This document shows positions 52,651 through 60,762 of a DNA stretch of 64,000 bases, piece by piece. Position 1 is the first letter of the stretch, and each line of letters opens with the position of its first letter. Under the pieces are notes generated by a model. That model had not been told where the DNA came from. It worked only from the letters and a program-made list of their open reading frames with translations, and did not search any database. The stretch comes from Patescibacteria group bacterium (GTDB taxonomy: Bacteria > Patescibacteriota > Minisyncoccia > Minisyncoccales > Staskawiczbacteraceae), in the NCBI GenBank assembly GCA_038063015.1, contig JBBTVX010000001.1:2772-66771 (forward strand). The letters run 5' to 3'. A program made the translations under genes and the position numbers.

Positions 52651-55242
52651 ATGGAAAACAATAATTTTATTTCGCAAAAAAAATCTCATCGCTTATTTTT
52701 CTGGGGAATTTGTTTTATCTTATTTTTACCAATAATTATTCTGCCGCCGGCCTTTGAACCCTCTGTTTGGAGCCGGGCAATTTTATTTAGAACTGCTCTA
52801 ACCCTCTTAATTTCTTTTTTATTTTTTAAATTTTTCTATAAAAAAGATATAACTATTTCTATCCCAAAGTGGAAAAATCCTGTTTACCCCGTTAGAAACT
52901 TCGTTTCTAACGGGGTTTATTTGCCCTTCTTGATACTTTTAGCTTTTTTAATTGCTTTAATTATAGCAACTCTATTCTCGCAAGATTTGATGTTTAGTAT
53001 TTTTGGCTCGCCGAAGAGGGCCGGCGGCATTTTAAATTTGTTATTTTTCTTTCTTTTTGCTGTTTTTTTAGCTCTTTTCATAGATAAAAATGACTGGAAA
53101 AAATTATTTCACATATTATTCGGCTTTGGAGTTTTAATCTCTTTATTAGCTGTTGTTCAATATTTTAATCTCTTAAAAAATGTTTTTATTTCTTTTGAGT
53201 CGGGAGGCACTCCGTCTTTTTTAGGCAATGCCACTTTTTTAGCAATCTATATGCTTTTTTTAACTTTTCTATCTTTCACTCTATTAACACAAGAAAAAGA
53301 TAAAAAGAAAAAATGGGCATATGGCGCGCTATTTTTGCTATTTGGTTGTACTATTTTAATAACAGGAGCCAGGGCCACTTATTTGGGATTACTGATTGGA
53401 TTTTTTTTCTTTATCTTTTTCTACCCTAAAAAATTTAAACTTCTCAAAATAGTCGCCTCTTCTTTTGTGTTATTTGTCATAATTGCCGCGGTTCTTTTCA
53501 ATATTTTTCCTCAAATCGCGGAAAAAAACAACTTATTTAAAATGACGGCCGGCAGATTATCCATAAAGGGGGTGATGACAGACCTGGCAGGAACCCGTTT
53601 CTCGGCCTGGAAAATCGCCTTTCAGGCAATAAAAGATAAACCGATTTGGGGCTGGGGGCCTGAAAATTTCTATATCGGCTTTGAAAAATACTATGATACC
53701 AATACTCCGGGCATTAAAGATACATGGTGGGATAGGCCGCACAATGCATTTTTAGACATTGCCGTAAGCTCCGGCATAATATCGCTAATTCTTTATTTTT
53801 TATTCTGGCTCGCTCTTTTCTGGCAGCTGCAAAAATTTAAAAGGCGGCAGGGCGATGACGAGCGCGCCTACTTGGCTCACGGGCTTCAAACGATGTTTAT
53901 AGCGTATCTTACGGCGCTTTTCTTCAATTTTGACGATTTTTCAACCTATCTTATATCTTTCTTTTTTATCGGATATGCTTTTCATTTAATATCAAATCAG
54001 GGCGAACAAAAAATTATTCAAACGCCGAAAACGAATTTTTTTAAAAAAAAGTTTGCTTATATCCCCCTTCTGCTGATTTTAATCTGTTTTATTTGGTTTT
54101 GGAATATAAAACCATTATATCTCAATGAAAAAATCAATTATGCTGAAATTTTAATTGCCGCCAAAAAATGCGATAAAGCGATAAATATGACAAAAAATAT
54201 CTGGCAAGGCGGCGGAATTCTAACATCTTACGCGGGATTAAAGTATACTGATTTTATTAAACAGTGCGCTACAGCTGAAAAAGAAGTTGAATATGTTTTA
54301 TCTGGAACTGAAGCCCTAAAATCAGCCTCCCTTGTCCAGCCCAATTACACCAGAACATGGCTTGTTTTAGCTGGGTTTATAAATGTTTTAGCGGCTAAAG
54401 AAGAAGATGTTGAAAAGCAAAAAAAATTATTATTGGAAGCAAGGGGCTATCTTGAGAAAGCTTTGGAATTAAGTCCGAAACGCCAGGAAATTTTTATAGA
54501 AATGGAAAAAAATTATATTATGGCCAAAGATTACCAAAAAATGAAAAAAACAGCCGAAGATTGCCTTGAAATAGATTCCGGTTATGGACAATGTTATTGG
54601 TATTTGGGCATTGCGGAAATATTTTTAGGAGACCAGGAAAACGGCAAAAAACATATTCAGAGGGCGCAAGAAGGAGGCGCTGTTACCCCGCCATATATTC
54701 AGCTTGGAGTCGCCTATATAAGCCAAAAAAACTATAAAGACGCGGCTGAAGCCTACCGCATGGCTACTGTTTACAATAATGATAAAAACGCCGGCTGGCA
54801 CGCTGTTTTGGCTTTTTTATACAAAAAAATCAAGGAATATGATAAAGCGGGAAAAGAAGCTATTAAAGTTTTTGAATTAGAACCGGAAAATAAAGAGGCA
54901 ATGGATTTTTTAAAACAACTGCTGGGTTTAAGCCCCAATGACCCAAGCCTTCATTCTTCTTTGGCTTATGTTTACAAACAAATGGGAGAAGACGAAAAAG
55001 CCAGACAAGAGTATTTAATAGTTAAATCGCTTTATTTGCAGGCCGCGGCAAAATATCCAAAAGAGGGCACCTATCGCTTTAATTTGGCGGGTGTCTACAA
55101 AGAATTGGGCGAATACGAAAAATCGTACTACGAAGCTGTGCTTGCCAAAAAAATAGACCCGGGACTTGAGCCTGCCGTATTAGGTCTTTTATACACTTTG
55201 CCAGAAAATTACATAGAAAGATACAGACAAATTGGAAAATAA
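52651..55242 (+). CDS. O-antigen ligase / Wzy_C-domain membrane protein fused to C-terminal TPR repeats
   Basis: 863 aa with about 12 TM segments. GARATYLGLLIGFFFF and RPHNAFLDIAVSSGI are Wzy_C-like. The C-terminal 350 aa carry TPR-like repeats (YWYLGIAEIFLGDQENG, LGVAYISQKNYKDAAEAY and others). Confidence 0.75.
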   Translation: MENNNFISQKKSHRLFFWGICFILFLPIIILPPAFEPSVWSRAILFRTALTLLISFLFFKFFYKKDITISIPKWKNPVYPVRNFVSNGVYLPFLILLAFLIALIIATLFSQDLMFSIFGSPKRAGGILNLLFFFLFAVFLALFIDKNDWKKLFHILFGFGVLISLLAVVQYFNLLKNVFISFESGGTPSFLGNATFLAIYMLFLTFLSFTLLTQEKDKKKKWAYGALFLLFGCTILITGARATYLGLLIGFFFFIFFYPKKFKLLKIVASSFVLFVIIAAVLFNIFPQIAEKNNLFKMTAGRLSIKGVMTDLAGTRFSAWKIAFQAIKDKPIWGWGPENFYIGFEKYYDTNTPGIKDTWWDRPHNAFLDIAVSSGIISLILYFLFWLALFWQLQKFKRRQGDDERAYLAHGLQTMFIAYLTALFFNFDDFSTYLISFFFIGYAFHLISNQGEQKIIQTPKTNFFKKKFAYIPLLLILICFIWFWNIKPLYLNEKINYAEILIAAKKCDKAINMTKNIWQGGGILTSYAGLKYTDFIKQCATAEKEVEYVLSGTEALKSASLVQPNYTRTWLVLAGFINVLAAKEEDVEKQKKLLLEARGYLEKALELSPKRQEIFIEMEKNYIMAKDYQKMKKTAEDCLEIDSGYGQCYWYLGIAEIFLGDQENGKKHIQRAQEGGAVTPPYIQLGVAYISQKNYKDAAEAYRMATVYNNDKNAGWHAVLAFLYKKIKEYDKAGKEAIKVFELEPENKEAMDFLKQLLGLSPNDPSLHSSLAYVYKQMGEDEKARQEYLIVKSLYLQAAAKYPKEGTYRFNLAGVYKELGEYEKSYYEAVLAKKIDPGLEPAVLGLLYTLPENYIERYRQIGK
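52886..52916. repeat. Perfect 14-bp-arm palindrome embedded in-frame in the Wzy_C gene
   Basis: accccgttagaaac-ttc-gtttctaacggggt. It encodes YPVRNFVSNGVY and is locally GC-rich relative to the rest of the gene. Confidence 0.9.
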
Positions 55243-55248
55243 AAATAT

Positions 55249-56616
55249 ATGAAAATGGAAATAAAAAATTTAATAAAAAAACAAATAAGAGAAATACAGG
55301 ATTGGCCAAAATCAGGCATTAGCTTTAAAGACATAACCCCCCTGCTTGAAAATAAAAAACTTTTTTCCAAAACGATTGACGAACTGGCAAAACCCTATTT
55401 AAACCAAAGAATTGACAAAATTGTCGGCATAGACGCAAGGGGTTTTTTATTGGCTTCCGCTATGGCTTATAAATTAAAAACAGGAATTGCCATTATAAGA
55501 AAACAGGGAAAACTTCCGTCAAAAACAGTTTCTAAAAAATATGCTTTAGAATACGGCAGTAATACCATTGAAATGCATCAAGACTCTATTTTGCCCGGAG
55601 AAAAAGTCTTGCTGATTGACGATGTTTTAGCCACTGGCGGCACAATGAAAGCCGCCGTTGACTTGGTAAAAGAGCTTGGTGGAAAAATAATCGGCATTGA
55701 TTTTTTAATTGAGCTTTCCTACCTAAATGGAAAAAAAATCCTCAAAGGACAAAAAATAAAGTCTTTAATAAAATATAATTCTGTAAGCAATCCGCCAGCC
55801 AACGGAAAACCGCAAAAAAAATTAGCGGAAATCGGAATAATCGGCGGCTCCGGGTTTTATGAATTTTTTAAGGGCGGGGCAAGGGAAATTGATATTGAAA
55901 CAGAGTTCGGAAAACCTTCAGATAAAATTACCATAGGAAAGATATCTGGAAAAACAGTGGCTTTTTTGCCAAGGCATGGAAAAAATCATCAAATTCCGCC
56001 TCATAAAATAAATTACAGGGCAAATATCTCTGCCTTGAAACAAATCGGCGTTGAAAAAATTATCGCCCCTTCGGCTGTGGGCTCGTTAAAACAAAACATT
56101 AAGCCGGGCGACTTTGTAATTTGCGACCAATTCATTGACAGAACTAAAAAAAGAGAGGACACTTTTTTTGACGGACCCAAAGTAGCCCACATTGAAAGCG
56201 CTTTTCCCTACTGCCAGGATTTAAGAAAAATCGCTGTCTTGCAGGCAAAAAAATTGGGGCTAAAAACGCATTCAAAAGGAACCGCTGTTGTTGTTGAAGG
56301 TCCGAAGTTTTCAACTGCGGCGGAAAGCGCTTATTTTTCTAAAATAGGAGCCGATGTTATAAATATGACTCAATATCCCGAGGTGATTTTGGCGCTGGAA
56401 ATGGGCATGTGTTATTTAAACATTTCTTTGGTTACTGATTACGACGCCGGAATATACGCTAAAACAAAAATTGAACCGGTCTCAATTGAACAAGTTCTGG
56501 CAAATTTTAAAAACAACAACGAAAAATTAAAAAATTTGATATTGAAAATCATAAAAAACATTCCAGACAAAACCTCCTGCGACTGCCAAAAAAAAGCGGA
56601 AAGAGCCGTTATGTAA
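55249..56616 (+). CDS. apt-mtnP: Fusion: adenine phosphoribosyltransferase plus S-methyl-5'-thioadenosine phosphorylase
   Basis: N-terminal half has DWPKSGISFKDITPLL and VLLIDDVLATGGTMKAA (the PRPP motif). C-terminal half has IGIIGGSGFYEF, FLPRHGKNHQIPPHKINYRANI and INMTQYPEV (MTAP/PNP family). The linker is near nt 55780-55830. Confidence 0.85.
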   Translation: MKMEIKNLIKKQIREIQDWPKSGISFKDITPLLENKKLFSKTIDELAKPYLNQRIDKIVGIDARGFLLASAMAYKLKTGIAIIRKQGKLPSKTVSKKYALEYGSNTIEMHQDSILPGEKVLLIDDVLATGGTMKAAVDLVKELGGKIIGIDFLIELSYLNGKKILKGQKIKSLIKYNSVSNPPANGKPQKKLAEIGIIGGSGFYEFFKGGAREIDIETEFGKPSDKITIGKISGKTVAFLPRHGKNHQIPPHKINYRANISALKQIGVEKIIAPSAVGSLKQNIKPGDFVICDQFIDRTKKREDTFFDGPKVAHIESAFPYCQDLRKIAVLQAKKLGLKTHSKGTAVVVEGPKFSTAAESAYFSKIGADVINMTQYPEVILALEMGMCYLNISLVTDYDAGIYAKTKIEPVSIEQVLANFKNNNEKLKNLILKIIKNIPDKTSCDCQKKAERAVM

Positions 56617-56682
56617 TTGATTACCGCTGATTGCTGGCTGATTAACACTGATAAAATATTAAAATACGAATTAAGCTTAAAT

Positions 56683-56722
56683 CGATGTCCGACCTCGCAA
56701 AGCTTTGCGAGGTCGGACATCG
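56683..56722. repeat. Perfect 40-bp GC-rich palindrome (20-bp arms, no spacer) in the convergent intergenic region
   Basis: cgatgtccgacctcgcaaag / ctttgcgaggtcggacatcg, centred on aagctt. Confidence 0.9.
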
Positions 56723-56751
56723 CCGTAACTCATCAGTGGAAATCAGCAAAC

Positions 56752-56776
56752 AAAAAACCCCTTTCGGGGTTTTTTG
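56752..56776. terminator. Bidirectional intrinsic terminator
   Basis: aaaaaacccc-tttc-ggggtttttt. A G/C stem is flanked by an A-run and a T-run. It lies between the stops of the convergent genes at 56616 (+) and 56829 (-). Confidence 0.8.
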
Positions 56777-56828
56777 TTTTCATCCCTTCAGCTCTTTCAC
56801 AAGAAGAGCAAGGGTTTTATTCAAGAAA

Positions 56829-59800
56829 TTATCTCAACCAAGTCTCTGAATTTAAGATAGATTCTAACAGATAGCTGTTTGTCCAGTCTTTATCTGAACT
56901 TGTGCCAACTGTACCGTTCGCAGGAGCATGGCCAACAGCTGACATATCAGACCAAATCATAGTTGCCTCTTCGGCATCACCAGTTGCTGCTGCGGCTGAA
57001 TCGTGCAAGCCGATTATACCAAGTGAAGCATTAGCGTTCAGATATGTATGGGAAGCTGTCTGGGCCGCTGTGTCTCTGCTGAATACCACAGAAACCGAGT
57101 CAACTCCAGCCGTATCGCCTGAGCCTGTACCGGTTCTGAATTGTTCCGGAGTTCCTTTTATTGTGTAGGTAACTTCACCGCCAGATAGAATTGTATCAGC
57201 GGTATTACCATCCCAAGCAACAACAATTGTGCTGTCGTTCTCGGAAACTCCTGAAGATGATCCTTCGACTGAAAGACCGTCTTCGTTCAGAATTGACACA
57301 GAACTTGTGATATCTAATCCATTCTTCTCAAGCTTCAAGTTGCCAAGTCCTAATTGGGCCACAGTTCCTCCATCAGACCATGAAACAGCTAACTTAAACT
57401 GCTTCATTGTAATATCGCCTTTGTCAGCTTTGGCTTTGAACGAATATACGCTCTGTTCTGCGCCGTTAGACATATAGGTGCTGTTATTTAAGTCGTTCAA
57501 CGTAAGCACTGGAACGGCTTTGTAAACAAGCGTGGTGTTTCCAGCAGCTGTTGTAAAGGTGGTGTCAGTGGTTACTGTCCCGTTCGGGTCCTGCCTCTTA
57601 ACATGAGTTAAGGTTGGCTTTACGTCAACATTTGAAGAACTGGCTGTAGCTGATATGCCGGGTGACAATGTATAGGCAATTGTTACGGTCTTTGAAGTAG
57701 AAGCGGGAATCACAATGTTTAAACCGGTAAAGTAGAACCTGTCATTTGCTGTATCATAAGGAATTGTTTTTAACACAGTGCCTGAAGCATCTTTAAGCGA
57801 AGCTGAAACAACAGCTTGGGCAATTGTGTCTGAACCCATAGAGAACCTCATTTCTGTCACAGTGTATTGCTGATAAGAAGAGGTCATCACGTAATTTGCA
57901 ACATCAACTGTTTGATTACCGGCAGCCACCTGATTCAAAGGAGAGCTAGAAGATGTTGTTGTGAAGCTCCCCGTACTAAAGGCAATGTTTTGCCCGTCAA
58001 CCGTTCCAGAAGTGTCAGCCGATGTAGCTGAGCTGACAGTTGTTCCGTCAATGTCAACTGTAGCATACGCTGTGCCGGCCGCTGATGAACTAAAGTCTGC
58101 ATAAACCATTATGTCAATGGTGTTGCCGGCTGGCAATGTGTGGTTGATTGACCATGAGTCGCTGGTTGAAACTGTTGGCTTTATAGTTGTTGTTTTGTCT
58201 CCATATACAACATACAAATTGCTTCCGTATGAAGAAGCCACTGAGTTCAAAGCAACATTAATAGCTGTTACATTAACCGATTCTGTTGTGTTAGCTGTTA
58301 ATGTAAAGTGAGCTAATTTGTGAGCTGTCAATGGAGCAACAACTGTCTGGTCTGTGTAAGCAGGGTATTTTGACAACGTCAAAGCCCCTGTTGCCACAGT
58401 CAAAGTGTTGCCATTGGTGGCAGCTGAAGGCGCGCTTAAGCTTGCCAAAGATACCGTGCCCTGGGCATTGCTTGAACCTGCAATAATACTAACTTGCAGG
58501 GTATCGGTAGCATCAATATCGTTATAAGTGCCAGTTGCGTCGTAGATATCGCCTTTTACTTCTAAAGTAACAGGCGAACCCGGCGTAACGATTAAAGATG
58601 AACCTGGGCTAAATAGTGTTCCGGCGGCAACAGGCGAAATTGCTGTTGTGCTGCCGATTTGGACGCCATTAGCCAATACCATACCACTTCTTAATAACAT
58701 GCTTGCCGCATCAGTACATACAGTACTGGCGGCGGTACAATTATCTGTTCCAGTTACGTTAGTAAATATGATTCTAACGTACAAGCTTTCAACTTTTACA
58801 GGTTCTCCGGCGGCAGTAAGGGTGTATTTAGCTAATGTTGCATTTGGGGCAGTGTTAACTATATCGCCAGATGGAGAAGTGGATTGCTTGGTAAAAGTCA
58901 AAGTTCCCGAAGCTACTGTCTGAACACCGGATGTTACATCGGCTACTGTAAAGCTTCCAGTAGTGGTTGCTGTTGTTGGCGCTGTGTTGACATTATATTG
59001 TGTATCAACAAAGTTAGCGTCAGCGGATACTGATACTCTAAACTTAAAGTTTAAGCTTGATCCGCCAATAATATCAGCCACTAACTTAATAACTCTTGTG
59101 CCTGCCTCCATTCTCTTTGGGCTAGCAGATAAATCAAAAGTCACATAACCATTCTCGCCATCTAAATTAGCTACAGCAGAACCAACCTGGACTCCGTCAA
59201 CATAAAGACGAAAGTTTTGAAGGTCGGTTTTCTTAACAGAGCCAATCTCCCTGAAAGCAATACGGGTGAAGTCAACGGCTCTGGTAGAAATAACAACGCT
59301 GTTTTGCCAAACCGTGTAATCGTTCTGGGGAGTTAAGCTGGTATTTGTTGATGGTGTCGTGGTGGCCGCAAACTCAACTCCAGCTCCAGTGGCAGTTGCC
59401 GCTGTCATTAGATTTCCGTTAATTGGATATGTTCCCTTAACAGAACTGGCGTTGGTGGTTACACTAGTAGAAGCGTTGATAGCGGCCCCTACTGTTTGAC
59501 CAGCAGAAGCGGCTAAATCAGCGGCTACTGTGATTGTTGTTGAACCGCCAGATGGAACTGTAAATAGTCCGGATGCGTCATTGAAAGTAATTACACCAGA
59601 TGAAACGCTGGCTGCATCAGTTAATCTTTTTGCTCCATTGAACAAATATACATTTGCCAAGGTAGCATCAAGAGAAACACCAATTCTATTTACTTTTAAA
59701 TTGGTAACTTTTACTTCTGCGTTATCGCCGTTAGTAAAAGTGAATTTAGCCAATGGGGCCAAACCCTGCGCCAATATAACTGTTCCAGAGGCTGGATTAT

Positions 59801-60338
59801 TGTAGGCTAATCCCACTGTCAATCCCGCGCCTGTTGGAACTACAACTGGAGGAGTTGTTCCGCCGGTTGTTCCGCCGCCGGTTGTTCCACCGGTTGTTCC
59901 GCCGGTTAATATTAAATTCATTTTGGCTCTGGTGTTTGGACCAACTGTGCCTAATGAACCTGTTCCGTATTTTGCTTGAAATTTTTTAACAGCCGCTACG
60001 GTTAAATTTCCGTAAGTGGTTGTTTCGTTGCCGGCTGAGCCGACTCCGCTAACTGCTACTTGTGTCGCTGTATCGGTGTTTAAAAGCGCTTGAACGCATT
60101 TTACATCACTGCCCGTGGAACCTTTTACCAGTGTTCTAGTAAGAGTAATTCCAGCGCAGGCGGTAGGTGCTGTTCCGGTTGTAGTTGTTCCGCCTTGCAA
60201 TGCCACTAATTGGGCCTGTAATGCGGTAATTTGAGCTAACAACTCGTCAATCGTAACACCTTGAGCCACACCAGGAGCAATCATTGCAACCAAAGTCAAA
60301 GCGACTACGGTTGTGATAATTGTTTTTCGTATACTCAT
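56829..60338 (-). CDS. Large secreted Thr/Ala/Gly/Val/Ser-rich surface protein with an N-terminal peptidoglycan-binding domain and about 8 beta-sandwich-like repeats (S-layer-like)
   Basis: Signal peptide MSIRKTIITTVVALTLVAMIAPGVAQG, then coiled LLAQITALQAQLVALQ. PG_binding_1-like GSTGSDVKCVQALLN...NLTVAAVKKFQAKYG follows, then a GGTTGGTTGGGTTGGTTPP linker. Modules recur, each opening like LAKFTFTNG..VKVTNLKV, LAKYTLTAAGEPVKVESLYV or LAHFTLTAN..VNVTAINV. Confidence 0.65.
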   Translation of the reverse strand: MSIRKTIITTVVALTLVAMIAPGVAQGVTIDELLAQITALQAQLVALQGGTTTTGTAPTACAGITLTRTLVKGSTGSDVKCVQALLNTDTATQVAVSGVGSAGNETTTYGNLTVAAVKKFQAKYGTGSLGTVGPNTRAKMNLILTGGTTGGTTGGGTTGGTTPPVVVPTGAGLTVGLAYNNPASGTVILAQGLAPLAKFTFTNGDNAEVKVTNLKVNRIGVSLDATLANVYLFNGAKRLTDAASVSSGVITFNDASGLFTVPSGGSTTITVAADLAASAGQTVGAAINASTSVTTNASSVKGTYPINGNLMTAATATGAGVEFAATTTPSTNTSLTPQNDYTVWQNSVVISTRAVDFTRIAFREIGSVKKTDLQNFRLYVDGVQVGSAVANLDGENGYVTFDLSASPKRMEAGTRVIKLVADIIGGSSLNFKFRVSVSADANFVDTQYNVNTAPTTATTTGSFTVADVTSGVQTVASGTLTFTKQSTSPSGDIVNTAPNATLAKYTLTAAGEPVKVESLYVRIIFTNVTGTDNCTAASTVCTDAASMLLRSGMVLANGVQIGSTTAISPVAAGTLFSPGSSLIVTPGSPVTLEVKGDIYDATGTYNDIDATDTLQVSIIAGSSNAQGTVSLASLSAPSAATNGNTLTVATGALTLSKYPAYTDQTVVAPLTAHKLAHFTLTANTTESVNVTAINVALNSVASSYGSNLYVVYGDKTTTIKPTVSTSDSWSINHTLPAGNTIDIMVYADFSSSAAGTAYATVDIDGTTVSSATSADTSGTVDGQNIAFSTGSFTTTSSSSPLNQVAAGNQTVDVANYVMTSSYQQYTVTEMRFSMGSDTIAQAVVSASLKDASGTVLKTIPYDTANDRFYFTGLNIVIPASTSKTVTIAYTLSPGISATASSSNVDVKPTLTHVKRQDPNGTVTTDTTFTTAAGNTTLVYKAVPVLTLNDLNNSTYMSNGAEQSVYSFKAKADKGDITMKQFKLAVSWSDGGTVAQLGLGNLKLEKNGLDITSSVSILNEDGLSVEGSSSGVSENDSTIVVAWDGNTADTILSGGEVTYTIKGTPEQFRTGTGSGDTAGVDSVSVVFSRDTAAQTASHTYLNANASLGIIGLHDSAAAATGDAEEATMIWSDMSAVGHAPANGTVGTSSDKDWTNSYLLESILNSETWLR

Positions 60339-60354
60339 TTTTTGTGTGTTTTTT

Positions 60355-60670
60355 ATCCCTCACTAACTTTGCTCTCTTTACCCATTAGTTGGGTTTCAAA
60401 ATACTATTTTTTATTCTTTCTTTTATTCTATACCAAGCTGCTCCATGATTTTTCAACTTCTGCTCCCTATCTGCTGCATCTGTTTTTGATTTATATATCT
60501 CACAATATATCAGTTCCCAAGGAATTTTGCGTTTAGTTGAAAAAACTTTACCTCGATTATGCGCGTCTAATCTGTTTTGCATATTCAGAGTAATGCCGAT
60601 ATAAAATGTGAAATCTTTTTTGCTCTGAATTACATATAAAACATGCATAAGAGCAAAGTTAGTGAGGGAT
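60355..60670 (-). mobile_element. GIY-YIG gene cassette bracketed by a perfect 21-bp inverted repeat (candidate selfish/mobile unit)
   Basis: atccctcactaactttgctct (60355-60375) is the exact reverse complement of agagcaaagttagtgagggat (60650-60670). The arms lie 9 nt past the stop and 1 nt before the start of the enclosed ORF. Confidence 0.45.
60385..60648 (-). CDS. GIY-YIG nuclease-domain protein (UPF0213-like, 87 aa)
   Basis: LYVIQSKKDFTFYIGITLNMQNRLDAHN (GIY...YIG motif), and REQKLKN with the conserved Arg/Glu/Asn region. Confidence 0.8.
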   Translation of the reverse strand: MHVLYVIQSKKDFTFYIGITLNMQNRLDAHNRGKVFSTKRKIPWELIYCEIYKSKTDAADREQKLKNHGAAWYRIKERIKNSILKPN

Positions 60671-60762
60671 GAATTAATTTATATTTTTATTTTTCTCGCC
60701 GGTCGACCATTGTAAACTCGCGATTTTACGTATTAATCACGAATTAACGACTCGTCAATTGT

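Noticed and set aside
56439-56874. Track ORFs 56439-56720 (-) and 56617-56874 (+) in the gap between the converging genes
   Set aside because: They span the 40-bp palindrome and the bidirectional terminator. They have low-complexity, hydrophobic or odd translations with no recognisable motif, and they overlap each other. They are best explained as non-coding terminator DNA.
56829-60338. Higher GC of the surface-protein gene as a sign of horizontal transfer
   Set aside because: The enrichment follows directly from the extreme Thr/Ala/Gly/Val content (ACN, GCN, GGN, GTN codons). Third positions still look A/T-biased by eye. This differs from gene 42740-43834, where the codon choice itself changes.
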